A model generated the notes under the pieces. It had not been told where the DNA came from. It was given only the letters and a program-made list of their open reading frames with translations, and made no database searches. Of a stretch of 64,000 nucleotides of DNA, positions 1 to 8,875 are shown piece after piece (position 1 is the stretch's first letter; each line of letters opens with the position of its first letter). Made by a program: the position numbers and the translations under genes. The DNA lies in contig JAPLYU010000001.1 in NCBI GenBank assembly GCA_026395405.1, positions 250,865 through 314,864 of the forward strand, in the 5' to 3' direction. The DNA comes from Candidatus Saccharimonadota bacterium. Its GTDB lineage: Bacteria; Patescibacteriota; Saccharimonadia; Saccharimonadales; Saccharimonadaceae.

Positions 1-581
1 TCAAGGATATTTTATTTGAACGTTCCGGACGCACCGACGAGGATTACGTTGTAAATAACAGATACAAAGTAATATCAAAAGATGACTATTTCAAGATGAT
101 TAGTCAAAAAACCGCGATCCTTTTGCAAGCCAGCTGTAAAGCTGGGGCGATTTATGCTAATGCAACTGATGAACAGGTCGCATTAATGGGTGAATTCGGC
201 TTCAATATCGGCATTGCTTTCCAGATTCGCGATGATATGTTGGATATATTTGCTGACGAAAAAGAGTTTGGTAAAAAAGTCGGCAAAGATATTATTGAAA
301 AAAAGATGGGCAATTACATTATCTTGTTGGCTCTGGAAAAACTAGACGACGAGGGCAAAAATTTCATCACAAGCCTATTAGAGGGTTCAAACGAAGTTAC
401 AGACCAGGACGTTGCAAAAGTGACTGAACTGGTTGAAAAAACCAATGCAAAATCTGACGCTGAAAAAACGGCTGAATATTTTATTAATAAAGCCATGGAT
501 GCACTTGGAAAGTTACCACAAAATGAAGCAACTGGCTATTTGGGTGAACTTGCAAACTTTATAGTTAAAAGGAGTAAATAA
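1..581 (+). CDS. polyprenyl diphosphate synthase (trans-prenyltransferase, FPPS/GGPPS type); 5' end outside window
   Basis: Frame is open from base 3. The C-terminal half carries the second Asp-rich motif FQIRDDMLDIF followed by GK.VGKD, typical of class I trans-isoprenyl diphosphate synthases. Confidence 0.8.
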   Translation, partial: KDILFERSGRTDEDYVVNNRYKVISKDDYFKMISQKTAILLQASCKAGAIYANATDEQVALMGEFGFNIGIAFQIRDDMLDIFADEKEFGKKVGKDIIEKKMGNYIILLALEKLDDEGKNFITSLLEGSNEVTDQDVAKVTELVEKTNAKSDAEKTAEYFINKAMDALGKLPQNEATGYLGELANFIVKRSK

Positions 582-1109
582 ATGATAAACGTAGTTTTGG
601 TTGACGAAAACGACAATCAAGTTGGCGTAGAAGAAAAGGTTGCTGCGCATTTAGGCGAAGGCAAATTACATCGGGCTTTTTCGATTTTAGTGTTTAATGA
701 AAATGGCGAAACACTAGTTACTCAACGGAGTGCTGGTAAAATGTTGTGGCCGCTTGTTTGGGATAGTGCTTGTGCCAGTCATCCGTTTGAAAACGAAGGC
801 CAAGAAGCTGCCGGTGAACGCAGACTTACCGAAGAACTTGGATTTACTTGCAAACTTGAAAATGCTGATACTTTTCAATACCACGAAAAATATCAGGATA
901 TTGGTGCGGAAAACGAAATTTGCGCAATTTTAGTCGGGGATTATAACGGCCACGTGCATCCAAACCCAGAAGAAGTCGCGGACTATAAATGGATGGCCAT
1001 CAAAGACATCCAGGATGACATGGCCGCAAATCCGGATAAATATACTATTTGGTTCAAGATTGAACTTGACCGATTGATTGCAAAAGGACGAATTAAGGTC
1101 CAGAATTAA
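582..1109 (+). CDS. idi: isopentenyl-diphosphate delta-isomerase, type 1 (Nudix fold)
   Basis: LHRAFSILVFN...LVTQRS..K..WPLVWDSACASHP...GERRLTEELG...ENEICAIL matches the type 1 IDI Cys/Glu active-site pattern. The ATG directly abuts the stop of the upstream gene. Confidence 0.85.
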   Translation: MINVVLVDENDNQVGVEEKVAAHLGEGKLHRAFSILVFNENGETLVTQRSAGKMLWPLVWDSACASHPFENEGQEAAGERRLTEELGFTCKLENADTFQYHEKYQDIGAENEICAILVGDYNGHVHPNPEEVADYKWMAIKDIQDDMAANPDKYTIWFKIELDRLIAKGRIKVQN

Positions 1110-1112
1110 AAA

Positions 1113-1559
1113 ATGATTATAAAACACAAAACTTTGAACTATAAAACAAAAGAACGACTGGATTTCTTGGATATTACTGATAAAGTTCATGAATTTGTGG
1201 CCGAATCGGGTGTCAAAGACGGCATCGTCAATATCCAAACCCTGCATACAACTACGTCAATAATCGTTAACGAAGACGAACCGTTATTAATCGAAGACAT
1301 GAAAAAACACTTCCGTGAACTTGCGCGCGAAGACGCCTATTATGGGCACAATGATTTTGATATCAGAATTGCTCATATGCACGGGCTGGATGAATATAAA
1401 AATGGCCATTCGCATTGTTTGGCGGCCTATTTACCGACGAATGTCACGTTGAATGTGGTTGGTGGCAAAGTTACTTTTGGTGATTGGCAACGGATTTTCT
1501 TTATTGAACTAGACCATTCCCGTGACCGTAAAGTCCAAATGCAAATAATGGGCGAATAG
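1113..1559 (+). CDS. YjbQ/UPF0047 family protein (secondary thiamine-phosphate synthase-like)
   Basis: LDFLDITDKV..FV..SGVKDGIVNIQTLHTTTSIIVNEDEP...HSHCLAAYLP...VTFGDWQRIFFIELD is the characteristic YjbQ signature. Confidence 0.8.
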   Translation: MIIKHKTLNYKTKERLDFLDITDKVHEFVAESGVKDGIVNIQTLHTTTSIIVNEDEPLLIEDMKKHFRELAREDAYYGHNDFDIRIAHMHGLDEYKNGHSHCLAAYLPTNVTLNVVGGKVTFGDWQRIFFIELDHSRDRKVQMQIMGE

Positions 1560-1569
1560 GTAGGAAATA

Positions 1570-1953
1570 TTGGTGGATATTATTAATTCATTAGTAAAAT
1601 ATCTGCAAGATTTTGCGGCGACGTCCGAGGCTACTTACCATGTGAATCCATGGATATTTTTAATTTTGTTTTTTGGCAGCGCCGTACCGCTGTATTTTGG
1701 CTATTTCTTAATCGCAAAATCGGCGCTGAAATATGAAAATCATAAATTGAAACGCAAGAAAATAGATAGAAATCAACTCCGAATTGGCATAATAGTTTCG
1801 ATAGCTGCTTGGTGGATTCCGTATGTATATGTCATGATTTTTGGCAGACTCCCTTTTGGAATGTTTGCATTTTTCATAGCTTTTATCTTGGCAACAGGGT
1901 TCTTTTTTATAAAAACACTGCACAGCAAAATTACCAAAGCTGAAAAAAGCTAA
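1570..1953 (+). CDS. hypothetical integral membrane protein
   Basis: 127-aa ORF with 3-4 hydrophobic helices in the same orientation as the isoprenoid cluster. No recognisable motif. Starts on TTG/GTG. Confidence 0.45.
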   Translation: MVDIINSLVKYLQDFAATSEATYHVNPWIFLILFFGSAVPLYFGYFLIAKSALKYENHKLKRKKIDRNQLRIGIIVSIAAWWIPYVYVMIFGRLPFGMFAFFIAFILATGFFFIKTLHSKITKAEKS

Positions 1954-1991
1954 CGCTTTCGAATATCTGTCGGTAGTGATAAGATTAGTAC

Positions 1992-2876
1992 ATGCCGGTT
2001 AAGGTTGCGAAAAATAAATATCTTGACATTAGAAAAGCCTCAATTTCAGTCTGGGATGAGTTTGTTTATGGCGGGCACTTTTTGGCGCTGGGCGATGCGG
2101 TTGCGCTGTATGTTATGGCTGTTGTTTTAAACATTTCTGTTACTTGGGATTTTTTGGTTGTGATTTACCTGTGTGTTTTCGCGGCTAATTTGTTTAATCG
2201 ATCCGATGAATCCGGACATGATGCGCTGACAAATCCAGTCAGGGTTAAAGTTATGGACAAATATGTTAGATATTTTTATCCAATAACTGCCATTTGTTTA
2301 GCTATTTCGGTTTTACTGATATTATCTTATTCAAATTATGCAGCACTGCTTTTCGCCGTTTTAATTTTTGTAATCGCGACCCTTTACACGTTACTCTTCA
2401 AAAAAATGACGAAATATGTGATTGGGTTCAAAAGTTTTGTCGCTGCGTTTTTTTATGCGTTGATGGTCTTTTTCCTAACTATTTATTATTCTGTGCCAGT
2501 AGGTGCCGCAGCGATTCTAATGTTTGCGTTTTATTTTATTAGGATTTTTATCAGCAACGCCGCCTGTGATGTCAAAGATATAGAAGGTGATAAAAAACGC
2601 GAGCTTAAAACCTTTGCAATCAGAATGGGCGAAAACGGAGCTATGCGATTTTTAAACATCTTGAATATTGCCTCGGGATTGTTAATTATTTGGGGGGTTT
2701 ACGCAAACGTTTTGCCGGTATTTTCATTGGCACTGTTGCTGACCGTACCGTATGCAATTTATTACTTGTATTTAAATTCCAAAATGAACAGCAAAGAAAT
2801 GTATACAAACGCAATTGTCGACGGTGAATTTTTGTTATGGTTGCCGTTTTTACTGATAGGGAAGGTTTTATTTTAA
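1992..2876 (+). CDS. UbiA-family aromatic/glycerol-phosphate prenyltransferase (polytopic membrane)
   Basis: About 8 TM helices. Second Asp-rich motif CDVKDIEGDKKRELKTF resembles the D..D.EGD...G..T motif of DGGGP-synthase-like UbiA enzymes. First motif is a divergent NLFNRSDESGHD. Confidence 0.75.
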   Translation: MPVKVAKNKYLDIRKASISVWDEFVYGGHFLALGDAVALYVMAVVLNISVTWDFLVVIYLCVFAANLFNRSDESGHDALTNPVRVKVMDKYVRYFYPITAICLAISVLLILSYSNYAALLFAVLIFVIATLYTLLFKKMTKYVIGFKSFVAAFFYALMVFFLTIYYSVPVGAAAILMFAFYFIRIFISNAACDVKDIEGDKKRELKTFAIRMGENGAMRFLNILNIASGLLIIWGVYANVLPVFSLALLLTVPYAIYYLYLNSKMNSKEMYTNAIVDGEFLLWLPFLLIGKVLF

Positions 2877-2881
2877 CTACT

Positions 2882-3736
2882 ATGAGCGAAGACGTAAAAG
2901 AAGACACGAAAAAGTATTACGATACAACTCAGATTTCGTACAATCTGCTGTGGATGAACAAAAAAAATCTGGCAATGCATTACGGGTTTTGGGGTAAAGG
3001 TATAAAAACACTTCACGAAGCATTGTTAAATCAAAACAAAGAAACAGCCGAAGCGCTAGAAATTAAAAAAGACGATAGAGTGCTTGATGCAGGGTGCGGT
3101 GTAGGCGGTTCTGCTATTTGGGTAGCGGAAAATTACGGTGCAAAGGTGACCGGGATTACTATTGTTGAAAAACAGATAAAACAGGCTACTAAAAATGCAA
3201 AAAAAAGGGACGTGGACCACCTTGTCGATTTCAAGTTAATGGACTATTGCAACACAGATTTCCCAAATGATTCATTTGATAAAATTTACGCTATGGAAAG
3301 TATGTGTTATGCAAAAAGTAAGGCAGTTTTCGTAAAAGAAATGTACAGAATATTAAAACCAGGCGGCTGCTTGACAATATCAGACGCCTTTCTGGATGAC
3401 AAAACCATTCAAAAATCAGACGAGTTAATGCTGAATGATTGGATGGTTGGCTGGGCTGTGCCGAACGTATCAAAAATTGAAAATTTTCACGATGATTTAT
3501 GCCGGGCTGGGTTTAAGGGGATAAATGATAAAAATGTTAATGACCAGATTATTCCCTCTGCAAAGCGTATAAACAAGATTGGGCGAGTGTTCTATCCATT
3601 TGATTGGACCTGCAATATGCTCGGAATTGTCTCGAACACTACATTTAAAAGCACAATAGCAACTGTTGTTCAACTTCATTTGTTTTCTGAAATGATTATG
3701 CAGTATCATTTAATTAAAGCTAGAAAACCGGAGTAA
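2882..3736 (+). CDS. class I SAM-dependent methyltransferase (type 11, sterol/tocopherol/prenyl C-methyltransferase-like)
   Basis: SAM motif I VLDAGCGVGGSAIW plus post-I and motif II/III (DKIYAMES, LKPGG). I chose the ATG at 2882 (MSEDVKE), just after the upstream stop, instead of the overlapping 2837 start in the ORF track. Confidence 0.8.
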   Translation: MSEDVKEDTKKYYDTTQISYNLLWMNKKNLAMHYGFWGKGIKTLHEALLNQNKETAEALEIKKDDRVLDAGCGVGGSAIWVAENYGAKVTGITIVEKQIKQATKNAKKRDVDHLVDFKLMDYCNTDFPNDSFDKIYAMESMCYAKSKAVFVKEMYRILKPGGCLTISDAFLDDKTIQKSDELMLNDWMVGWAVPNVSKIENFHDDLCRAGFKGINDKNVNDQIIPSAKRINKIGRVFYPFDWTCNMLGIVSNTTFKSTIATVVQLHLFSEMIMQYHLIKARKPE

Positions 3737-3769
3737 CATGAAAAAAATCTTTGCATTTATGGTGGGGTT

Positions 3770-5920
3770 ATGCAAAACATAGATTTATTAAAATCATTCT
3801 TTGTAATCCCATTCACACTGATTTTAGTAGGCCTTTCTTTCTGGGTGCTTTTGTCGGACAAAAAATCAAAAGCGAATAAACTATTGTTTGTTGAAATTAA
3901 TCTCTTGATTTTTTCAATGTTGGCAGATTATCTATCGGGGTTTTTTAACGACTTGACATCAACCTATCTGGTCAGGCTCTCGTATATGTTTTTAATTTTG
4001 GCTTTGGTGATGTTTTACTTTTTCGTTCAACATTTTCCATTTGAAAGCACAATAAGCAAAAGGCATAGATTGTTTAACATGTTTTTAATCATTTTAATGT
4101 CGGTTTTCAGCATTGTTATTATTTTTACTCCCATGATTGTTTCGTCGACTTCGGATTGGAGTAATCAAGTTACTTCGGGTGACTTTGCGTGGGTATACTA
4201 TTCTCTTATAGTCATACTTATTTTAGTATCGTTCTATAATATGATGAAGAAATACCAGCTTTCATCTAAATCTGATAGAGAAAAAATCAGATTCATGCTT
4301 GTCGGGGTTGCGATATATGCGATGCTTCAGGTCACATTTAACCTAATTCTACCAATACTCGGCACACAAAAGTTCTATTATCTAGGTGATTACTCGATAA
4401 TAATTTTCGTTGCATTTACTACTTACGCGATAGTAAGACACCACTTGTTTGACGTAAAACTTGCGATTGTCAGAAGCGTAACCTATTCGCTTGTTCTGGT
4501 CACTTTAGCTGGAATATATCTAGTTATAGCGTTTGTTATTTCGGCGGTATTTAATATCGGACAATCAAACACTGGTCAAATTGTTAGTGGAGTTGTAATC
4601 AGTTTGGTTCTGGCGTTTGCGTTCCAGCCATTGAAGCGCTTTTTCGACAAGATTACCAACAGGGTTTTTTACAAAGACAACTATAATACAGACGATTTCT
4701 TTGCAAAGCTGAACAAGACCCTGTCAATTACGACCGATTTACGTGAATTATTAGAACGAGTTGCATATGAAATAGGGACTACATTAAAAGCTGAACAAGC
4801 GTTTTTCTTTATCTTTACAAAACCGGACGGACATTATGTTTCGGCTGGGACAAGGGGGCATAAGCAATTGCCTAGGCACGATGCGGTTTTGTTTGAACAG
4901 AAATCGCAAGGTAAAAGGGCTGTCTTTGAGGCGTCAATGTTTGACGATGATGACCCGGTAAAAAGAATGATGATAAGTCATCGGATTGAATTAGTTTTGC
5001 CATTAATTCAGGATGACGCGGTTATCGGATATTTATGTTTGGGTGAACACAAGACTTCAGGTTATACTCATCGCGATATCAAGGCACTGAATACAATCAG
5101 CGACGAACTGGTTATTGCAGTTCAAAACGCACTGTCAATTCACGAAATTCGCGAACTTAATGCCTCATTGCAACAAAAAATCGCCAACGCTACCAAAGAA
5201 CTCCGGTCCAGCAACGCTGTTCTACGCCGACTTGACGAGATAAAGGACGAATTCATTAGTATGGCATCACACCAGCTGAGAACGCCCCTTACGAGTGTCA
5301 AGGGCTATATAAGCATGGTAATCGAGGGTGATGCGGGCAAGATTTCGCCTTCACAAAAGCAATTATTGGATCAGGCGTTTATGAGTAGTGAAAATATGGT
5401 TCATTTGATTAATGACTTCCTAAACGTTTCCAGAATTCAATCAGGTAAATTCGTTATTGATAAAAAATCGGTTGATTTTTCGGTCCTTGTTGATGAAGAA
5501 ATGAACGGACTGCGACCAAACGCCACCGCCAGGGGTATGAAACTGGTTTATAAAAAACCAAATAAATTCCCAGTCGTGGAAGTTGACGAGGGCAAATTCC
5601 GTCAGGTCGTCATGAATTTCGCTGACAATGCGATTTATTATTCGCATGAGGATTCGTCAATAATAATCAGCCTGGGTGTTGAAGGCAATGAAATTGTATT
5701 TACGGTTAAAGATACCGGAATTGGAGTACCCAAGGCCGAACAGGACAAGTTATTTGCTAAATTCTATCGGGCTGCGAACGCCAAGGTCCAGCGCCCAGAT
5801 GGCACAGGTGTAGGCATTTATCTGGCTAAACGGGTGATTGACGCCCACGGCGGAAAAATCATCTTTGAATCAACCGAAGGTAAAGGCAGTACATTCGGTT
5901 TCCGCTTACCGATAAAATAA
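3770..5920 (+). CDS. sensor histidine kinase with multi-TM N-terminal sensor, GAF-like domain, HisKA and HATPase_c
   Basis: About 7-8 N-terminal TM helices. H-box MASHQLRTPLTSVKGY, N-box NFADNAIYYS, G-boxes DTGIGVP and GTGVGIYLAKRVIDAHGG. No response regulator is adjacent. Confidence 0.85.
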   Translation: MQNIDLLKSFFVIPFTLILVGLSFWVLLSDKKSKANKLLFVEINLLIFSMLADYLSGFFNDLTSTYLVRLSYMFLILALVMFYFFVQHFPFESTISKRHRLFNMFLIILMSVFSIVIIFTPMIVSSTSDWSNQVTSGDFAWVYYSLIVILILVSFYNMMKKYQLSSKSDREKIRFMLVGVAIYAMLQVTFNLILPILGTQKFYYLGDYSIIIFVAFTTYAIVRHHLFDVKLAIVRSVTYSLVLVTLAGIYLVIAFVISAVFNIGQSNTGQIVSGVVISLVLAFAFQPLKRFFDKITNRVFYKDNYNTDDFFAKLNKTLSITTDLRELLERVAYEIGTTLKAEQAFFFIFTKPDGHYVSAGTRGHKQLPRHDAVLFEQKSQGKRAVFEASMFDDDDPVKRMMISHRIELVLPLIQDDAVIGYLCLGEHKTSGYTHRDIKALNTISDELVIAVQNALSIHEIRELNASLQQKIANATKELRSSNAVLRRLDEIKDEFISMASHQLRTPLTSVKGYISMVIEGDAGKISPSQKQLLDQAFMSSENMVHLINDFLNVSRIQSGKFVIDKKSVDFSVLVDEEMNGLRPNATARGMKLVYKKPNKFPVVEVDEGKFRQVVMNFADNAIYYSHEDSSIIISLGVEGNEIVFTVKDTGIGVPKAEQDKLFAKFYRAANAKVQRPDGTGVGIYLAKRVIDAHGGKIIFESTEGKGSTFGFRLPIK

Positions 5921-5921
5921 A

Positions 5922-6143
5922 CTAAAACCCTGCTATTAGTCTGATAATTTCAATTATAATAACAATTACAAAAATAGCCACTCCCGCTATTAACAAGATT
6001 GGCTTGGCGATTTTTTTATGATCAAACCACCACTGAGAGGGTTTGTTACGGTTAACGGCTGAAATTTTGGTGATTACCGGTTTAGTCATAGCGGCATCAA
6101 CGCCGGTATAAACTTTGTTTCGCTTTTTTTTATTCTTTCCCAT
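5922..6143 (-). CDS. small tail-anchored membrane protein, hypothetical
   Basis: 73-aa ORF with a Lys-rich N-terminus and one C-terminal TM helix (ILLIAGVAIFVIVIIIEII). Confidence 0.45.
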   Translation of the reverse strand: MGKNKKKRNKVYTGVDAAMTKPVITKISAVNRNKPSQWWFDHKKIAKPILLIAGVAIFVIVIIIEIIRLIAGF

Positions 6144-6173
6144 GATATGTACGATTATACCAGATTACAAAAT

Positions 6174-6193
6174 ACCCCCGCATTGTAGCGGGG
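6174..6193 (-). terminator. intrinsic terminator downstream of the LPXTG protein gene
   Basis: Stem cccccgc/gcggggg with a 6-nt loop. On the minus strand it is followed by tattttgt. Confidence 0.6.
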
Positions 6194-6255
6194 GCAATTG
6201 TTTGTCTGAATCGCTTCAGAAGTTTGAGCGGTCAGACTCGGGCCAGGGGATTAAA

Positions 6256-7887
6256 TTATCCTCGGCGTCGACTTGCTCGGTAGTAACCGGCACTCGCAAC
6301 CAATGATCCAAGTCCGAAGAAGGCAGAAATATCTGCACCGGCACCTGTGGTTGGAAGTTCTGATGGTGTAACTGGAGTTACTGGTGTTACAGGAGTAACT
6401 GGAGTTTCCACGCATCGACTATCACCTTCAGGGATACCTGGTTTACATTCTTTTGGAGTTTCACACCGGACATCACCCTCTGGGATTCCGGGTTTACACT
6501 CTTTTGGAGGTTGGTTAACTTTGATTTTTACTTTACAAGCTTCGCTGGTAACGGTTTTTTCAGTTCCGTCAATATTGAAGGTAACGTGCAAAATCGCAGT
6601 ATACTCAGCATCTTTTGTTGCATAAGTGTGTGTAACCGTTGGGTTAGTAACGGTTGTATTCGAATTGTCGCCAAAGTCAAATTTATAGTTTTTGACAGTT
6701 GCGCCGTTTTCGGCTGTTGCTTTAGCTTTAAATTCATACTTGTTTTCGTCGATCAGTTTTGCTGTCAATGAATCACAAGTGAATACAGGTTCCTTTGGTT
6801 TTTCACACTCTTTTTTAACGACGACGTTGGCAGTATCCGTAATCGAATATCCAGCAACGTTTACATTAGCCTTGTTGACAAGGGTGTTGTCGCCACAATT
6901 TGGTAATTTGTCATTATCAGTAACTTTGGCACTAAAGATTACCCATGCGTTTGCACCGACACCGTATGAACCGATGTTGACACCTGTTCCGTTAGCGATA
7001 TTATCACTAATAGTTTTCCCGCTTGGGAAGTTAGAGTTACCAACGACGGTCGAACCGTTTACATAGGTTTCACCGGCTGGTAGGGTATCACGAACTGTGA
7101 CGCCGTCTTCTTGCATGTTTCCAGTGTTTTTGTACTGAATCAAGTAGTCAACAGTTTCACCAGGTTTAGCTGTATAGCTTTTAGCCCAGGTGTTTGCACC
7201 GTGTTTGCTGACCATTTTACTCATCGTAAATGAGGAATTTGGGGCAAATTGTGGTTTAACAGTAAAGCTGACATAGCCAGCAAACTGCAGACATCCAGGG
7301 ATTTGACCATTCATGCTGGTGTATCCAAGTTTCGCACCAGTGCTGGTGAAAATACTTTCAGGAAGAGTAAAGGTTTTTACGTTGTTTTCAAAGATTAGGC
7401 TGTTTTTTACATACGCCAGATTAAAATCTGTGCTGCTGGTAAATTTAGCGCTATCGTAAACTTCTTTTGGAGAAGCGTTGGTTGAATCAATAAAACCATC
7501 AACTGTGATTGATTTTCCAGTAGTTGTTGGCAAATTGACTGTTGCTTTTACATTTTCGGCGACAAGTTTCAGGTTGGCTGCTGCGTTATTGTGAACGTAC
7601 ATGCGAACCGTATATTCTTTGCCGCTTTGAACGGTCATATCATCCGTAAATTTGTTTGTTGTGCCTTTTTCGCGGATTCCCACGAAATTGCGTTCGTCAC
7701 CGATGTTTGGATTATCGGTAATTGAGTCGAACGTAACGTGATCGGCAGGATGTGCCATCGTGTATGTTGGACGGGTTGGTCCCCATGCGAACAGGGTTGC
7801 AGGAATGATAAGAGCGGCTGCAATTATCGCAAACACTGCACTCGTACGCTTGGGAGCGCGATTTAAAATTGACATTAGTTTACCCAT
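6256..7887 (-). CDS. LPXTG-anchored surface protein with DUF11-like and PKD-like Ig folds and Cys-rich/Pro-Thr-Val repeats
   Basis: Signal peptide (AVFAIIAAALIIPATLFAWGP). PKD-like FDFGDNS...VTHTY segment. Tandem KECKPGIPEGD.RCE x2 and TPV x4 repeats. C-terminal LPTTGAG plus hydrophobic stretch plus RASRRRG sortase signal. Start set at the ATG at 7887, preceded by GGAG. Confidence 0.85.
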   Translation of the reverse strand: MGKLMSILNRAPKRTSAVFAIIAAALIIPATLFAWGPTRPTYTMAHPADHVTFDSITDNPNIGDERNFVGIREKGTTNKFTDDMTVQSGKEYTVRMYVHNNAAANLKLVAENVKATVNLPTTTGKSITVDGFIDSTNASPKEVYDSAKFTSSTDFNLAYVKNSLIFENNVKTFTLPESIFTSTGAKLGYTSMNGQIPGCLQFAGYVSFTVKPQFAPNSSFTMSKMVSKHGANTWAKSYTAKPGETVDYLIQYKNTGNMQEDGVTVRDTLPAGETYVNGSTVVGNSNFPSGKTISDNIANGTGVNIGSYGVGANAWVIFSAKVTDNDKLPNCGDNTLVNKANVNVAGYSITDTANVVVKKECEKPKEPVFTCDSLTAKLIDENKYEFKAKATAENGATVKNYKFDFGDNSNTTVTNPTVTHTYATKDAEYTAILHVTFNIDGTEKTVTSEACKVKIKVNQPPKECKPGIPEGDVRCETPKECKPGIPEGDSRCVETPVTPVTPVTPVTPSELPTTGAGADISAFFGLGSLVASAGYYRASRRRG

Positions 7888-8137
7888 TACTAGGTACTCC
7901 TTTTCTTTGATTCGCCTCGCAGACAGAATCAATGTTATGAACATAAATTAATTAACTAAAGATATGATGATGTGAATGCCGAATTGTTAAAGGCGCAACA
8001 AATCAGATTGTTACAACGTGCATGTCGATCCACTAAGGTGAATCACAAGTAGTCGACTCGACTGCGAACGCTAGGCGTTCAAGCAGGAATTGATTCCTTG
8101 GAGATGTTGTAAGTGTTGTATAGATTAGTTCCCCGTT

Positions 8138-8174
8138 GAGCGGGAGTGTGGCGTGGGGTGCCACACTCCCGCTC
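8138..8174 (-). terminator. GC-rich 15-bp perfect hairpin downstream of the island ORFs
   Basis: gagcgggagtgtggc / gccacactcccgctc with a 7-nt loop, located about 150 nt past the stop of ORF 8322-8867 on the minus strand. Confidence 0.5.
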
Positions 8175-8321
8175 TTCTTGCGTCACGAAGTCGGTTGTAC
8201 CATGGGCACAATCCGTTCGAGTCACTAACCCCGATCATAGGGGCCGTAACGGGCGTTAATGACGGCGCAATGGGCTGGGGAATGCCCAATCACTGGCTTG
8301 ACGCCAGCGATTTTCGAGAAA

Positions 8322-8867
8322 TCACATCCCCGGAGGGGGTGCTGTACCGGTTGCTACCGGAGTCGGGAGATCCGGTGTCGGCGTCGGCTGAGGATCAGGC
8401 GTCGCGGCTCCGGTAGGCTTGGGCGCCGGTGTCGTCGGGTTGGGCCGAGGCGTCTTGCCAGGCTTATTCGGCGTCTTGGTGTACTGCCCAGGACCCTTTG
8501 TTGCGTTCTGACCACCGCCGACAGGGGCATTGCCCTGAGCGTAGGGGTCCTGGCTGGCAATCTTCCTGGCGAGGTTGTCGGTCGGAACGACCGGCAATTT
8601 ACCCTTACCAGGGAACGCCAAGTTACCGCACCTTCTGAGAGCGACAAACTTGCTGCCGTCCTTGAAGGTGACGATAAGGGCTGTACGATTGCCGGAGATT
8701 CCAGCATGTGCAGCACGACCGAACTTGCCACCAGAGTACCCACTGTTGTACCAGCTAGCCGGCGCGTTGCCGACTTTGCTGGTTGTTCCCTTGGCTGTGA
8801 GAGCTCCCTTAACGGAAGCCCAAAGCAGCATTCCTCGTGTGGACAGGTATGTCCCATCGGGGCTCAA
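8322..8867 (-). CDS. hypothetical protein with Pro/Thr-rich C-terminus (high GC); possibly the 3' half of a frameshifted gene
   Basis: 181-aa ORF with a GC-rich codon style. It begins on TTG only 8 nt after the upstream stop, with no obvious SD. Its frame stays open upstream to 8888, overlapping the end of the upstream ORF. Confidence 0.45.
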   Translation of the reverse strand: MSPDGTYLSTRGMLLWASVKGALTAKGTTSKVGNAPASWYNSGYSGGKFGRAAHAGISGNRTALIVTFKDGSKFVALRRCGNLAFPGKGKLPVVPTDNLARKIASQDPYAQGNAPVGGGQNATKGPGQYTKTPNKPGKTPRPNPTTPAPKPTGAATPDPQPTPTPDLPTPVATGTAPPPGM

Positions 8868-8875
8868 GAGACCGG

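Noticed and set aside
6347-6500. Short tandem repeats (9-nt and about 48-nt periods) that might have been a CRISPR-like or minisatellite array.
   Set aside because: They are in frame within the LPXTG protein gene and encode TPV and KECKPGIPEGD.RCE repeats. There are no spacers of unique sequence and no cas genes.
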